From IMG/VR virus record IMGVR_UViG_3300018494_000083: a stretch of 64,000 bases of DNA. The stretch is one strand, 5' to 3'. This document shows, in pieces, positions 25,899 to 35,900 of this stretch. The notes beneath the pieces were generated by a model that did no database searches, had not been told where the DNA came from, and saw only the letters and a list, made by a program, of their open reading frames with translations. Every line of letters starts with the position of its first letter. The stretch's first letter is position 1. The stretch is from a virus (taxonomy: Duplodnaviria; Caudoviricetes). The position numbers were made by a program, and so were the translations under genes.

Positions 25899-26600
25899 GT
25901 GGTAATGAACATGCAGACTTTTATCGAAATCAAAGATAAATTCAATACCCATGTCTGCAATGGTGAATCATTGCACGACACTTATGTGAAGTATCTCGTT
26001 GATATATTCGAGGAATTTCAGACCCATGTCCAGCATTGGAGAGATGTGGTTAAACATAGAAATCGTATTCTTACTTTCAACCTTGTATATGGTGATGACG
26101 CTACTACCGATACCGATATTAGTGTCTCCTTTAAGAATATCATCATGTATCGCAATCTTCTTCTTAAGGATATGCTTAAGGATAAACTCGGTCACAATAT
26201 TATCAGTTATGAAAACTTCACATCTAACTTCCACAATATTCTTGGTCCTACCAGAATGGTATCTTTGGATTTGATGAACAGTAGCAAGATGAATATCATT
26301 ACCAACATCTCTACAATTATCACTTACATCACATCTATGTACCAGAGATTCTCATCTCTCAAGGTAATGAGCCAAAATGAAAAGGAAGTATATCTTGACA
26401 AGCTCTGGCTCTTTGTTACTCTTTGTAATAATTCAGTCATTGCAATCCGTACAGCCACTTCAGCGCTTAAGAACTATCTTCCCGTTGAAGAGGTTGATTA
26501 TATGTCTATGAAGCGTCCAGCTGAGGGAATTCATTTCAACGAAATCCCCAACGACGTCACTATGACAAGAGAGGAGGAATCTAAGGATGATTCCGAATAA
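25899..26600 (+). CDS. Hypothetical (probable virion) protein
   Basis: 233-aa ORF behind late promoter. Confidence 0.7.
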   Translation: MVMNMQTFIEIKDKFNTHVCNGESLHDTYVKYLVDIFEEFQTHVQHWRDVVKHRNRILTFNLVYGDDATTDTDISVSFKNIIMYRNLLLKDMLKDKLGHNIISYENFTSNFHNILGPTRMVSLDLMNSSKMNIITNISTIITYITSMYQRFSSLKVMSQNEKEVYLDKLWLFVTLCNNSVIAIRTATSALKNYLPVEEVDYMSMKRPAEGIHFNEIPNDVTMTREEESKDDSE

Positions 26601-29031
26601 AAATATCAATCCGCAGTTTAATAAAGCTGATGATCTTGTCAGCTCTAGGGCTTATACTTTCTTAGATTCCTACATCTATATGAGGAACGGAAAGTATAAT
26701 GCTCTATACAATGCAAATAAAGAGATTCTTGCAATTGAGCGAGAGGCTCTTGATAAGCAGAGTGCAGAGATCTTATACTACGCATTGACAGAACAAACAA
26801 AGATGTTGAATACTGTCGTCATTCGTATCCGTAACTTTGCACAGAATATCAGAGGAGACGTGATTCAGAATCTTCAGACAATTATCCCTGAAGCTGATGA
26901 AATGCGTAAATTTGAGGAAGCTCTTAAAGCATCTAATCCTTATCCTCAAAAAGTTGTAAATTACAAGATTTCGCCTATCGAGTATCCGAATATGGCAGTA
27001 TTTTACAGCTTATTCAAGAGAGAATTAAAGGCATATGCCGATATCGAAGATGATAAAGCAGCAAAAGATAATCCATTTATTCACAACTATGCTACCAAGT
27101 TCTTGATTGACTCGGCAGAAGAGTTGGCTCATATCAATGTGGATATCTTATCTTCCGAGGAATTCTTTATTACTAATCTTCCTAAGTTGATTAAGATTAA
27201 GGAATACTTCAAGAAGAAACAGCAAATCATCACCGGTATCAACCGTGACTTCAGAACTTTCTATTTCTATCTCAGACAGTTTAGAATGCTTCAAAAAGTC
27301 ATGGCTACTATGAATCCTACCGTTATGAATGATGGTAGAATCTCTGTTGCCGGTTGTTCCAAACCGCTGAATTCGTTCAGTGATTATCTTATATATTACA
27401 AGCACTACACAATGATGGTTAAGTACCTCATTGATGTAGTATCCACTTACGACATGAAGTTCTTTAACAAGATCTATGCCATCCAATCTAACATCGAAGT
27501 TTACAGAGCAGTTATTAACTCTGTAGTATCTCGCTATCAAACTCAGATGAGAAACAACGAGTCTGCTGAAATTGATAGCATGATTTCTGGTGTGGACAAT
27601 GTGAACTTGTTCTTGAACGACGCTTATGAACTGACTCCCGAAGAGATGGCTCATAAAGAAAAGTGGATGCAAATGGATTATGGTCCCAAGGAGAACTGGT
27701 CAGCTGAAATGAAGGCTGAGTCTGATGCTTATTGGGCTAGACATCCTGAATATTTTGAGAAGTTCAACGATGGACAGTTTGATATCATTCCTGATACTAT
27801 CCATAAACTTGAAGTTCCCAAATCCTTAGTTGCTGATCCTGAGGACGCATATGAGTATGATCCTGACGAAGATCTCGAAGAGATTGAAACAGATGATCAT
27901 AATTATGAGATGCAGAAAGTTAAGGAAGGCAACTCTCTTTACACTACCGATGCTTACAATAGCTTCGATGAGGTTGATAAAACTTGGTTTGAATCTAAGA
28001 AAGTTTTTGATAGCACATCTATCAAGGATCTTATCAGTAACAAACAGGCTACTATCACCGAGGCAGTTGATGCTAAAGTAAATGCGAAGAAAGCTATCCA
28101 GTTGATGAGAGACGCTATCATTGCTGCGTCTGCTAAGTTCAAGGATTCTGCAAAGACTATCCGTGAAGAATATGCAGAAACAATGGATGCACTCGAATCT
28201 TTCAATATAGATGAATTCGATCTTACTGGTATCGAGTTTGAAACCTTTAAATATCATAAGGGTGTAGATCATATGCATCACATCAAGATACCTACATATC
28301 GTCCTGATGATAATGATCTGCTTACTGAAGGTGATGGCATTGGTTACAAACAGAAATACTTCAAAGATCTCTATTACTTCAGTTATAAGGGTCAACCTCT
28401 TAACAAGAACAGATTCCGTGGATCTCAGGCTAAGTCTGTGATCAGCGGTGATAAGATTAAAGAAGCATATGAATTCTTTACTAACTTCATCGATACCTAC
28501 AATAATACTGTAGTGAGAGCTATGGCTGCTTCTAATACTAGAATCGCAAATGCTCTCAGAGTCGATGAAAATATGCTTGAATCTGCATTCGGAAGAACTG
28601 ACCTGCTTACTGAGGCTATCTTGATAAACCGTTCTATGTTTAAGAATGATCTTTATTCTATCTTACTTGAAGCAGGAGAAGATGATCATGACGCAATGAT
28701 GGATGATCTTGAAGATATTGTAGGAGTTGAACCTGAAGATTATGATAGACATGATCCCGAAGGTGATGTTCCTCCAGAAGAAGAGATTCCAGAAGACGAA
28801 GAAAACTCTCAGGAACCCAAGGAACCTGAGAGAGAAGATGATGCAAGTAATTTGAATATTGACGAACCTGAAGCCGAGAAAGCTAATAAGAGTCTTGTAG
28901 TTGCTGAAGCACTCAGAATGTACTGTAAGATTTGTTATGAGGTTCAGTCTGCTCGTATGGATATTTATGAAGAAATCTATGAAACGGCATTCAAGTTCCT
29001 TCATGTATTAATCACTTCAACTAAAAAATAA
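26587..29031 (+). CDS. Probable internal head protein with acidic linkers
   Basis: 814 aa; ITEA, MLESA, LTEA, LLEA motifs; GGAGG SD. Confidence 0.7.
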   Translation: MIPNKNINPQFNKADDLVSSRAYTFLDSYIYMRNGKYNALYNANKEILAIEREALDKQSAEILYYALTEQTKMLNTVVIRIRNFAQNIRGDVIQNLQTIIPEADEMRKFEEALKASNPYPQKVVNYKISPIEYPNMAVFYSLFKRELKAYADIEDDKAAKDNPFIHNYATKFLIDSAEELAHINVDILSSEEFFITNLPKLIKIKEYFKKKQQIITGINRDFRTFYFYLRQFRMLQKVMATMNPTVMNDGRISVAGCSKPLNSFSDYLIYYKHYTMMVKYLIDVVSTYDMKFFNKIYAIQSNIEVYRAVINSVVSRYQTQMRNNESAEIDSMISGVDNVNLFLNDAYELTPEEMAHKEKWMQMDYGPKENWSAEMKAESDAYWARHPEYFEKFNDGQFDIIPDTIHKLEVPKSLVADPEDAYEYDPDEDLEEIETDDHNYEMQKVKEGNSLYTTDAYNSFDEVDKTWFESKKVFDSTSIKDLISNKQATITEAVDAKVNAKKAIQLMRDAIIAASAKFKDSAKTIREEYAETMDALESFNIDEFDLTGIEFETFKYHKGVDHMHHIKIPTYRPDDNDLLTEGDGIGYKQKYFKDLYYFSYKGQPLNKNRFRGSQAKSVISGDKIKEAYEFFTNFIDTYNNTVVRAMAASNTRIANALRVDENMLESAFGRTDLLTEAILINRSMFKNDLYSILLEAGEDDHDAMMDDLEDIVGVEPEDYDRHDPEGDVPPEEEIPEDEENSQEPKEPEREDDASNLNIDEPEAEKANKSLVVAEALRMYCKICYEVQSARMDIYEEIYETAFKFLHVLITSTKK

Positions 29032-29034
29032 ACA

Positions 29035-29161
29035 AGATAAGGGTATGAGCTCACGCTCATACCCTACTTTTTGTCTCAAACGACATCTTTAAAATGAAAG
29101 GAAAAAAACATTGAAAACTTTAACGAAACCATTCACAGAAAACCTCGTGGAATCTCACCAC
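29035..29161 (-). ncRNA. Candidate ~125-nt small RNA with anti-SD-like tract
   Basis: Promoter motif AACATTATAATG at 29172-29161, U-rich body with TTCCTTTCATTTT, ends in the 29040-29065 hairpin. Confidence 0.35.
29040..29072. terminator. Terminator between convergent units
   Basis: AGGGTATGAGC-TCAC-GCTCATACCCT-ACTTTTT. Confidence 0.8.
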
Positions 29162-29170
29162 ATTATAATG

Positions 29171-29503
29171 TTAGTAATTTGCACATTCAATGAACACGAG
29201 GTCATCGGAATCTTCGGTTATATCAAAGAAGATATCAATGTTATCTTTAATCGCAGAATTCAGATCTGCTACATCAGGAATTTCAGTTTCTCTGTCAAGA
29301 CTGTGGTTTATTTCACTCATCACAAATCGAGTAAGTACAGAGGGCATATCCATTCCATTCGTGGATACACTTACAAATTGCTTCCTGATATCATTGCAAT
29401 CTACGCCCTTACATTCGTCATCGAGGTAACGGCAAAGATCGAAAATTGTATAATTTAGCCTGCTCCTGATAAGGAAAGCAGTCGTTCTTGGTGTCATATT
29501 CAT
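29171..29503 (-). CDS. Hypothetical protein
   Basis: 110 aa directly downstream of RusA-like gene, AAGG SD. Confidence 0.65.
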   Translation of the reverse strand: MNMTPRTTAFLIRSRLNYTIFDLCRYLDDECKGVDCNDIRKQFVSVSTNGMDMPSVLTRFVMSEINHSLDRETEIPDVADLNSAIKDNIDIFFDITEDSDDLVFIECANY

Positions 29504-29508
29504 CAGAC

Positions 29509-30216
29509 TTACCTTCTCTTATTCGTTTTCTTTTTGGAATATGGTGTAACTAAAAGTTTGGCATCTATATAATTTTCGAGATCTTTATACGATTTTCTAT
29601 GAGTGATTGTCTTATATGTATATTCACTAATAACCCCATTAGGGAATATGATATCCAACACTACTCGGGGCTTGAGTGAATAGTATTTATTAAAGGATGA
29701 TGACACAACAATGTCATCATCCATTATCACATGTTTCTGAATCATATCACAGTATGCCTTAAGGATATTATCGAAGTCTGGCTTACCGATCGCATAATCG
29801 TGCTCAGTTTCATATAATACCATTTCCAGAGGATTAACAGTGGTAGGCATAGGTGCATATGCTGTTAGATTTATTCTCATAGGAACCGTGATTACTTTGA
29901 GTTCATCATCAATATTCTTAATGAATTTCTCGATAGCATCAAAGTTCGCTTTTGCGTTAGGAACATGTAGACCACGGAACTTAAAATTCGTCCGTGGTCT
30001 ATGTGCTTGAATCGGAATTTCATAAAACGTAAATCTCAAGCAACGGTATTCAATAGACTCTTTAGCTTCCATAACTCTATCAAGAGCCATGTTTAGCAAG
30101 TCCTCGTTAAACTTGTCACCAAGCTTATCTTGTAACCGTTCATAGACATCCAAACTTACATTACCATAGAGTTCAGCATATTCTTTTTCTCTCTCTTTTC
30201 GAGAACGTATACGCAT
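29509..30216 (-). CDS. rusA: RusA-like Holliday junction resolvase
   Basis: PIQAHRPR and KPDFDNILKAYCDMI...DDDIV...KYY..KPRV signature. Confidence 0.85.
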   Translation of the reverse strand: MRIRSRKEREKEYAELYGNVSLDVYERLQDKLGDKFNEDLLNMALDRVMEAKESIEYRCLRFTFYEIPIQAHRPRTNFKFRGLHVPNAKANFDAIEKFIKNIDDELKVITVPMRINLTAYAPMPTTVNPLEMVLYETEHDYAIGKPDFDNILKAYCDMIQKHVIMDDDIVVSSSFNKYYSLKPRVVLDIIFPNGVISEYTYKTITHRKSYKDLENYIDAKLLVTPYSKKKTNKRR

Positions 30217-30275
30217 AATAATCTCCTTTGGTATTTAAGTTATTATAACAATGTCTGTTCCAATTTACTTTTCAA

Positions 30276-32852
30276 TTATCCCTTAGCCAGTGTGTTTGCT
30301 TTTTGTACAGTGTTCATATAGTCGTCAATAAGTTCACGTTCGAATGCAGGGAAATACCAGCCGTCATCGGTGATACGAACCTGGTTCTTTACACGGTTCT
30401 TAAGGAAGTTTGTCATGAACTGTACCTGTACTGTGGTTGATGGAGAGTTAAGGTTGTATCCAGAATAGGATGCAACGAAATCCATCAGACCGATATTATT
30501 GAATAGCATACCAAGAATCTTCTTGTATGCACCTGGGTTGATCGAAGTGAACAACGAACCAAGCGAACCAGTTGTAGTTCCCTTATACTCATTGGTCATA
30601 AAGATCTTTTCATACATATCCTGAATAGAGATTGTTACATTAATCTCTGTAGGAAGATGATGAATTGTATGAGACTCACCGCCATTACCACCACGCTCAA
30701 TTGCAAGAGAACTTACAATACCAAGCTGACAGTTAAACTGACCCTTGGAGAAAGCCTGGATAACAAAAGGTGAGGTATAGGTATTAGGACCAGCAGCCTG
30801 TCTCGGGAGAGCCAGAGCCATCAGTCGTGCAAGAGGTCTGAGCACATAAAGGAATACAGACTCGGGATCACCGTAAGGAGATACGAGTTTAACCTTGAAT
30901 TCGTGGGAGACCTCAGTATTAGAATCAGACCAGATTTCAGGTAAGGACATTTGGGATCCCATGAGGATACCACCAGCACCTTCTCCAATTACACCAAGGA
31001 AAGATCCAGAAAGTGTGCTTGCAATGTTTTCAAAAACACCACCAAGCAGAGAACCTTCAGATACATCAATACCAAGTGCTTCACCGAAGAAAGACCACTG
31101 TTTAACTTTGTCCGAATATTCAGTTACCTTACTTGCTACATTCGACTGAGCAGTTTCGGTACTGAATGTTTGACTGAGCTGAGAATCGGGTTGGTAGTAA
31201 CAGAAGATAGCAGGAGCTGTACCAAACTGACGAGTGAAGATATTGTCTCCTCCATCAAGTACAGTAATTGTATCATCGTACTGACCGTAAGTTGTATTGG
31301 CTCTGCCACTCATGAGTGCACATTCTTTATCGGCAATACCAATAAAGGTTGCAAACATATGACAGAGAGTGTTGACATATGCAATGTATTCATTATACTG
31401 ACTGGAGAATGAATAGAAACGCTCGTAGTCTTTACTGATGAAAGAGTAGATCCAGTTTTGGATATCACCAGCACCAGCACCTTTTACGATACCAGTGATG
31501 ATACCTTTAACACTATCTCCCATCTTAGAGAGGAAGCTAGATCTGTCAGGGAATCCTGCACGGAGAACGGCAATAGGCATATCATTAATAATATTCTCAA
31601 TGAAGTCCTTACCGTAACCAGTACGAGACTTGTCATTACCACCGGTATTAATCCAACCATAACGAATATCTGTATTAGACAGGAAGTTGAAAGGCAGACC
31701 GGTGATAGAGTGAATACTTACATATGGGCTTTCGTTATTTGCGATATTAGACGAATTATTGATAGCATAGATGTTGGAAGTCTGCGAATCACTCTTTTTT
31801 GCGAGATTCTTAATAGCATTTACTGCACCACTGATAGCTGATGCAATACCAGCAAAAATACCAGTCTTAGGTGTAGCAGCATTAGGCTTCTTAGCAGGAG
31901 CAAATAGCGAAGCAAGTTTAAACTTGGATGCAGGTGCTGCTCTTAGAGCCATCATTCGTCTTACAGGAACTTGAACTACTGCTCCAGTTTCAGGATCTAC
32001 TACATTCTTCATAGGAGGAAGTTTGTAGACATGTAGAGCAAGTGTATTTGAATAAATTACAGATGTGAGATTTACCCAACCTGTAATAGTTTCTGTTGCA
32101 GCTTCGTGTGTTCCAGGAAGAGCTCTGACTGCTGCAGGAGTGTTTGTCTTCTGCCAGTATGTCTCATAACTAATGCTCACATATCCATAAAGGTTCTCAC
32201 CTTCTTGACAGAAAGCATAGATATACATTTCAGATTCTTTTCCGAATACACCGAGCTTATGATAATCATTGGTAGTATTAGATGCACTATAATATCCGAC
32301 TTTATCGGCATTATGCATTTCATTACCAATAACTACGCAAGGACAATAATCTACACCAGGTACAAAATTTTTGTTATGACCTTTGTTATAGAGTTCCTTG
32401 ATTTTATTAGGTCTAAGACCCACAAATAATCCTTCGGACCAACCGAAGTCATTTGATCCATTATCCGGTGACACATAACCAACTGTACAAAGTTGATCAT
32501 TATCGTTGCCGGTAGAGCCATAGTCACAAAGATTACCAGACTTAGCAGATGCAATCGAACTATGCACCGGTACCATTTCGGAGCTATATTTTGTACCAGT
32601 TCCGAATTTGGTCATCATGTATTTATATTTACCACCAAGACCCTGTTCAATACGGAACAGAGCATCAGTAGAATCAACCGATTTGTCTGTGAATTTTATG
32701 TAACCTATGGCGGAAGATTTATCAGCTCCTTTTAAAGAAAAGCCAGAGGCTTTTGCGGGGCTAGTTATATATCTCTTGTCACTTCCAGTATAAGCGATTG
32801 CTTCTTTAGCAAACTCTTCTGGAGAGCCGACACGTTTCGATGAAACTGCCAT
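30276..32852 (-). CDS. Large tail/baseplate structural protein
   Basis: 858 aa; GLPFNF, LPEIWSDS, LVSPYGD, ALPRQ..YTSPFVIQAFSKG..LGIV..LPTEINVTISI; directly downstream of the tape-measure-like gene. Confidence 0.65.
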   Translation of the reverse strand: MAVSSKRVGSPEEFAKEAIAYTGSDKRYITSPAKASGFSLKGADKSSAIGYIKFTDKSVDSTDALFRIEQGLGGKYKYMMTKFGTGTKYSSEMVPVHSSIASAKSGNLCDYGSTGNDNDQLCTVGYVSPDNGSNDFGWSEGLFVGLRPNKIKELYNKGHNKNFVPGVDYCPCVVIGNEMHNADKVGYYSASNTTNDYHKLGVFGKESEMYIYAFCQEGENLYGYVSISYETYWQKTNTPAAVRALPGTHEAATETITGWVNLTSVIYSNTLALHVYKLPPMKNVVDPETGAVVQVPVRRMMALRAAPASKFKLASLFAPAKKPNAATPKTGIFAGIASAISGAVNAIKNLAKKSDSQTSNIYAINNSSNIANNESPYVSIHSITGLPFNFLSNTDIRYGWINTGGNDKSRTGYGKDFIENIINDMPIAVLRAGFPDRSSFLSKMGDSVKGIITGIVKGAGAGDIQNWIYSFISKDYERFYSFSSQYNEYIAYVNTLCHMFATFIGIADKECALMSGRANTTYGQYDDTITVLDGGDNIFTRQFGTAPAIFCYYQPDSQLSQTFSTETAQSNVASKVTEYSDKVKQWSFFGEALGIDVSEGSLLGGVFENIASTLSGSFLGVIGEGAGGILMGSQMSLPEIWSDSNTEVSHEFKVKLVSPYGDPESVFLYVLRPLARLMALALPRQAAGPNTYTSPFVIQAFSKGQFNCQLGIVSSLAIERGGNGGESHTIHHLPTEINVTISIQDMYEKIFMTNEYKGTTTGSLGSLFTSINPGAYKKILGMLFNNIGLMDFVASYSGYNLNSPSTTVQVQFMTNFLKNRVKNQVRITDDGWYFPAFERELIDDYMNTVQKANTLAKG

Positions 32853-32872
32853 ATTTTACTCCTTTCTTTAAA

Positions 32873-32904
32873 AAGGTAGGGCTACTTGGGAAACCAAGTA
32901 GCCC
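32873..32904 (-). terminator. Hairpin/terminator after tape-measure-like gene
   Basis: GGGCTACTTGG-TTTC-CCAAGTAGCCC-TACCTTTTT on minus strand. Confidence 0.65.
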
Positions 32905-32922
32905 ATTATTTGGTCAATTATA

Positions 32923-35900
32923 TTAAGCAGTTACTGCCTTGTTATATGCAGAAGTTTTACTTACAGAGTTCTCTTTCGAGGACCAGCTCGTAGCACCAAC
33001 AGCGGGACCATGGTTAGTACCAGTAGGAGTATTTCTAGCTGCATTCTCTTCCATACGGATAAGAGTATCAGAGATGGTATGAAGTGTATCAAGCATCTCA
33101 TTTGCAACCTGTGCAATCTTTCCTACAGTGTCGTCACCTTCGCCACGACCGTTGCCTGCATTAGTAATCTTCTGGATATTTGCTTTCGCAGACTGAACTG
33201 CCTTGCTAACCTTGTTTGCATTCTTCTTGTTAAGAGCCTGCTTAGCTGTCTCAGTAGGAATGGTGATTCCAGTAGTCTGAGGAATGATGCTAGCATTCGT
33301 GCCCTTGAACTTGTCGTATCCAAACTTACGGTTATTCTTCTTGTTGAGAGGATCATAAATATTGATTCCCTCTTCATCGGCATGAGTACCGAGTATATAG
33401 TGAGGATTCTTACCGAAGGGAGAGGTACCTCTACCATCAGAACCAACCATAGCTACAGGAATATTCTGAGTCATTGCATTGATAGCATCCTCAGTGATAC
33501 CGAACTGCTGTTGCATTCCGATTCCAAATTGATCTGCAAGTGCATCAAATACCTTAGTATCAGTGCCTTCAGATTTGTAACCGTTTGCATATGCAAAGTT
33601 CGAAACATCACCAGGCGTCAAATCGCTTCCTGTAAGTCCGTTCATCATCATAGCGGCAGTGGTAGGACCACAACCTCCATCACCAACAGTATCTTTCTTA
33701 CCATGATAGTAACCATACTGCTGATTTCTCCAACGAGGATCCTTTTGATTATAATAAGGAATGAACGACTCGGGTGTTTCTTCGCCTTCACCACGACCTC
33801 CGAAGAGACCCTTGATGGCTCCCCAAGCCTTCTTAGCACCATTAGCAACTGCCGATGCAGCCTTCTTTACACCTTCTTTGGCTTTAGAAGCTACATTAGC
33901 AACCGCTTTACCAACGGCACTATTTTTAACTTTATCAACCGCATTGCTGACAGCTTTGCCAACTGCAGAGTTCTTGACTTTGTCAACAACGCCACTAACG
34001 GCATCTTTAACCTTGCTTACAGCACCCTTAACCTTGTCTACGACACCGGCAGCGAAATCTTTCGCCTTACCAAGAAGATTAGCACCAAAGTCTTTCAACT
34101 TACCAGCAAGATCTCCGATTGTGTCTTTAATCTTACTACCGAAATCCTTCAGTTTATCACCTATCTTACTACCGAAGTCTTTGATCTTATCGAGTGCCTT
34201 AGCACCAAAGTCTTTTGCTTTATCAACAACACCAGCTCCCCAGTCTTTGAGTTTTCCGCCGATTTCACCGATCTTGGCACCAACGCCTTTGCCCCATTCA
34301 CCAATCTTGGAGCCTACACCCTTGGTCCAGTCCCAAACCTTGCCGCCGACATCCTTAAACCAGTTGCCGACTTTACCCATCATTCTTGAGAAACCAGATT
34401 GTTTCTTTGCATTGGGATCTCCATCTCCGATATAGTCTTCAAGTTCGTTAGTGCCTGTGAAGAATCCTTTGATTTTGCCCCAAGTAGTTCTATTCTGAAT
34501 TTGGTTATATTTCTCCATCGTCAAGCCCTTTTCAGCAGCTTCGGGGTGAGCCTTGATGAATGCATCATACTCAGCCTTGTGCTGTTCCTGGGACTTCTGG
34601 AGTTCTTCTTTCTCCTCATCAGATCCGATGATACCAAAGATGATACCAGTCAACCAGTCAACAGGAATAAGTCCAAGAAGCAATCCGGAGATAGCCTTAG
34701 ACAAACCTGCAACGATCTTAAGTTTCAGAGGAGGTTCATATCCAGGTGCAGTCTGCATGATGTTCTTAACGTCAGCCCAACCAGTACCGAAGTCGGTAAC
34801 CAACTGAGCAATAACAAGAGCCCAACCAGCTACGTTAGACCATTTTGCAATGAACGTAGCAGTCTTGGCAGCAAGTTGACCTGCACCCTTTTTAACAACG
34901 CTTGCAGCGATATTGTCAGCAGAACTAGCGATAATCTTACCGCCCTTCTTACCAACAAAGTTACTTATTTTACTTATAATACCCTTAATACCTTTAGAGA
35001 TCCAACCAGTAAGTTTACTTACAGCCGGAGTCTTAGCAACTTTCTGAACTCCCTTGGTGGCTGCTTTCGCAACCTTGCTTACCACACTTGTAGTTTTAGC
35101 ACCAGTACCAAGAGCAGATCCGACACCCTTAGCTACCGAAGATGTCAGTCTCAAAGCACCAGAGGCAGTCTGAACCGATCCACGGACGATCTTACCAGAA
35201 CCAGTTTCCTGGTCGAGGTTGTCGCCCTGCATAAGTTCTTTACCCTCCTTGATGTTATTGATACCAACACCGATCGACGCCATTGAGTGTATATCACCGG
35301 CATTGTTCTTGAGGAAGTTCCAAGCTTTCTGTTTAAGGGTTTGCTTACCATTGACAGCATTTGCAAGTTTACCAAGACCAAGCTTAGTCAACAGACCAGA
35401 GAGCATCGGAGCGATACTGCTAAGTCCGCTCAAAAGATTGCTCAAGAATCCGCCACCTTCACCCTTAGCTGCTGCTTGAATAACTGCACCCATACCATTA
35501 CCAATGCTATTTGCATTAGCCATGATACTCGTCGACTGTTCCAAGGATGCCAATTCACCGGAAGTATCAGCAGAATTAAGAATATTGCTTACATTCTTCT
35601 GTGTCTTCTTAGGATCGTCCGAATCCTGAGTCAACTGTCTTGTGTGCTTTTGCGTCTTCTTTGCAGCTTGGCGTTCAGCCTTAGCTTTCTTGCGTTCCTC
35701 TTTATCCTTCTTACCGAAGCCAAAGAGTTTACCGAATAGACCCGAAGCTTTCTTACTTACTCCTTCAATCTCAACCTTGATAGGTCTATGATTAGGAATT
35801 ACAGTATCTCCACCACGGGCAATAATAGCCTCGGGACCACGCTCACCAACGATATTGAATCCAAGTCCGGTTTTACCACCGAATGCATGACCTTCAACGG

